From: an uncultured Bacilli bacterium | GTDB lineage: Bacteria > Bacillota_I > Bacilli_A > RF39 > UBA660 | Length of the DNA stretch: 62,796 bases | Assembly: GCA_944331715.1 (NCBI GenBank) | Contig: CALVIP010000003.1 | Coordinates: 1-62,796, forward strand | Direction: 5' to 3' | Part shown: positions 60,292 to 62,796 of the stretch, piece by piece | How the letters are laid out: every line of letters begins with the position of its first letter | Position numbering within the stretch: position 1 is the stretch's first letter | Notes under the pieces: generated by a model | The model's database searches: none | Told to the model about the DNA's origin: nothing | What the model saw: the letters and a program-made list of their open reading frames with translations, nothing else | Translations under genes and position numbers: made by a program

Positions 60292-60512
60292 ATATTATCA
60301 CTCCAAACTTTTTATATATTAACTTTATCATATTTATTTATCAGTTACTAGTTAATATAGAGTTTTCTTGTATAGGAATAACTCTAGTTTTAATAGTATT
60401 CATAGAAATTCTCCTTTAACATAAAACTTAATATAATTATACTAATTAAGCTATTACTTTTACAAGCATTTACATTTTAATTAGGCAGAATTCCACCAAT
60501 TTAAAATATTTG

Positions 60513-61401
60513 CTATCTATTTAGCACTTTATGTACCTGTTTTATCAGTGTCTCTTTTACTTCACTATCCCCTATTAAGGTAATGGAAAATGTTTTATAA
60601 CCTATTCTATTTATACTAGCACCGAGAGTGATAGACTATATTCTCATCTATAATAAAATATCTATCATGAAATGTATTATCATATATAACAGTTAAGTTA
60701 TTATATTGTTTATTATATTTTTCTATATCCTGTAAGGTAAGTAAATTATTAGGTTTAGTTATAATTGTTACTTCTATCTTTAATCTTTTTACAATATCTA
60801 GCATTGTATTATCTGCATACCCATCAATTATTATTAGTTTCTTTTTAGCACTATTAAATATCTCTTGTATTTTAGAGTATGCATCATAAATTTGACCATT
60901 GAAATATATTTCCGTAGTCTTCCTTTTTTCTTCAAATTTTTGAAAAGAGTCCTCTAAAGCCTTAATTTTATCATGGTCTTCAATTACCATATTATTTATA
61001 TATTTTTGTTCCAACAAATTATTTGAGACATATTTTCTCATGGCAACAAAAGCATCCATTATTCTTATACTTACTTCTGTTGCAACTTTAGTTCTAAGTA
61101 TTGTCGCTAACATTGCAACACCTTGTTCTGTAAAAACATATGGATTATATCTTCTGCCACCTTTTATATTTGAGGTTCCAATTTGGAACCTCAAAGCATT
61201 ATATTCTTCATCAGTTAATCTAAACATAAAATTTTCAGGAAATCTTTCTAAATTTCTTTTTACTGCTTTATTTATATCTTTCGTCCCGTTGCTACATTCA
61301 TAAAGCCTTGCTAAATCACTATCTAACATCACTTGAACTCCACGAACTTCATAGATTAATTTTTCTATATTAATATTATTCTTTAATATAACATCATTCA
61401 T
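60513..61401 (-). pseudogene. ORF6N-domain/PLD-like fusion with +1 frameshift near the 3' end
   Basis: VRGVQVMLDSDLARLY, PYVFTEQGVAMLA, HDRYFIID; after the shift near 60625 reading continues LGASINRIGYKTFSI...LNR*. Confidence 0.78.
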
Positions 61402-61466
61402 ATATTTTCCCCCTGTGATTTTAAGGTTTATACTAGAAACATTTCACTTATATAATATACTGTTTA

Positions 61467-62672
61467 TTATTTTTTCTTTCGTAATTTTAATAATGCTATA
61501 GATTCTAAATGATAAGTATTAGGAAATTCATCTACTAGTTTAATAGATTTTAGTTCATATTCATTATCTAAAAGATTAATATCACGGGCAAGGGTCAAGG
61601 GATTACAAGAAACATAAATAATATTCTTTACCTTTAAAGATAAGAGAAATTCTATTAAGTCTTTAGAAAGACCACTTCTTGGTGGATCTAAAATAATAGT
61701 ATCAGGAGTATAATCTAATCTTTTAATGACTTTACTAACATCACCTAAATAAAACTCTGTATTAGTAATATTATTTAACTTAGCATTACTTTTAGCATCC
61801 CTAACTGCATCTTCCACTACTTCAATACCAATTACTTTCTTAGCATAGTCACTAACTAGTAGACTAATAGTACCAGTACCGCAATATAAGTCATAGATAA
61901 TATTACAATCTAGTTCTTTAACTAAATTAATAACTTCTTTATAAATTAAACTAATACCTTCTTTATTTACTTGAAAGAAAGAGTCTTTTCTTACCATAAA
62001 CTTTTTAGATAGGACATCTATCGTCAATGAAGAAACACCACTGATTAGTTCATTGTTATAGTATAGAGAACTAACAGTTGATGAGAAAAAATCTTTAATA
62101 GATTCTTTATCTTCCCTACCTTCTAATATTAACATAAGTCTACCATCTAAAGATTTAATAATCGCTTTAGTTAATTTCTTATGTACTTTAATAAAAGAAT
62201 TTAAAGAGGCGGTTAGAGTTATAATATCACTATCTAATAAATTACATTTATCTATAGGTATTAAATTATTAGTCTCTTCTTCATAATAACCTAACTTATC
62301 TCCTTTAATATGAAAAGTTACTTTATTACGATAGTTATAACATTTAGTAGAAATTATTTCTAAAGAGTCTAAATTATAATTTGTATATTTAGAGAAAATA
62401 TTCTTAACAGCATTCTTTTTAAATTCTAACTGTTCATCATAATTTAAATGTCCTATCTGACAACCTCCGCAAGTTTGATAATAAGGACAATATTTTACTT
62501 TAAGGGTATCACATCTTTTACCTATAGAGTATCTTTTCTTATCTTTTACTATATCAATAGATACTTCTTCTCCCATTTTTACTTTAGATATAAATATTAC
62601 TTTATTCTCAACTTTGGCAATTCCTCTTCCTAAATGGTCATAATCTATTATTTTAACTAACATAAACTTCAC
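61467..62672 (-). CDS. rlmD: 23S rRNA m5U methyltransferase
   Basis: TRAM domain, CPYYQTCGGC, FFQVN, DLYCGTG, DPPRSG, YVSCNP. Confidence 0.92.
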   Translation of the reverse strand: MKFMLVKIIDYDHLGRGIAKVENKVIFISKVKMGEEVSIDIVKDKKRYSIGKRCDTLKVKYCPYYQTCGGCQIGHLNYDEQLEFKKNAVKNIFSKYTNYNLDSLEIISTKCYNYRNKVTFHIKGDKLGYYEEETNNLIPIDKCNLLDSDIITLTASLNSFIKVHKKLTKAIIKSLDGRLMLILEGREDKESIKDFFSSTVSSLYYNNELISGVSSLTIDVLSKKFMVRKDSFFQVNKEGISLIYKEVINLVKELDCNIIYDLYCGTGTISLLVSDYAKKVIGIEVVEDAVRDAKSNAKLNNITNTEFYLGDVSKVIKRLDYTPDTIILDPPRSGLSKDLIEFLLSLKVKNIIYVSCNPLTLARDINLLDNEYELKSIKLVDEFPNTYHLESIALLKLRKKK

Positions 62673-62796
62673 CTACTAATAGATTACTACAAAATTTATG
62701 AATGGAAAAGCTTTTTAATATTTTGAGTTTCCGTGTTTTTTCTGACATAGTGTAATTTTAATTATAAAAAGGCGAAGCTTAAAAAAAACTTCGCTT

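Noticed and set aside
62761-62796. Second GGCGAAG hairpin similar to the candidate DGR hairpin
   Set aside because: Here GCGAAG lies in the stem of an ordinary terminator-like hairpin at the window edge, not in a GAA loop.

Overview
AT-rich chromosomal window from a low-GC Firmicute using genetic code 11; gene content (sigK, L27 with Prp-cleaved extension, T-boxes, short ThrS) suggests a gut Bacilli lineage such as RF39 (inference). The backbone is housekeeping: pheST, frr, yqeGH, sigK, thrS, nfo, tgt, trmD/rimM, obg-rpmA-prp-rplU, the mraZ-rsmH-ftsL-pbpB and ftsAZ cluster, rnj, rnc and rlmD. Much of the interest lies in intergenic RNA elements absent from the ORF track. (1) Three arrays of H-type pseudoknot repeats (about 1.4, 21.0 and 21.25 kb) sit behind the same promoter and 16-nt leader hairpin. 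Only one is followed by a type III toxin (ToxN/AbiQ-like); the other two look like orphan type III antitoxin arrays with different repeat sequences. (2) Four dispersed type I toxin-antitoxin-like loci each encode a 22-33 aa hydrophobic peptide inside a 5'/3'-paired RNA scaffold, with a convergent antisense promoter. (3) A surface-protein gene has a GC-shifted, NNY-codon C-terminus and a downstream GAA-loop hairpin, resembling a remote DGR target. Also present are an AAA_21+TOPRIM putative defence pair, an Rpn nuclease with a silent alternative tail, two broken ORF6N genes and a duplicated ~118-bp palindromic element. All calls were made by eye without database searches.
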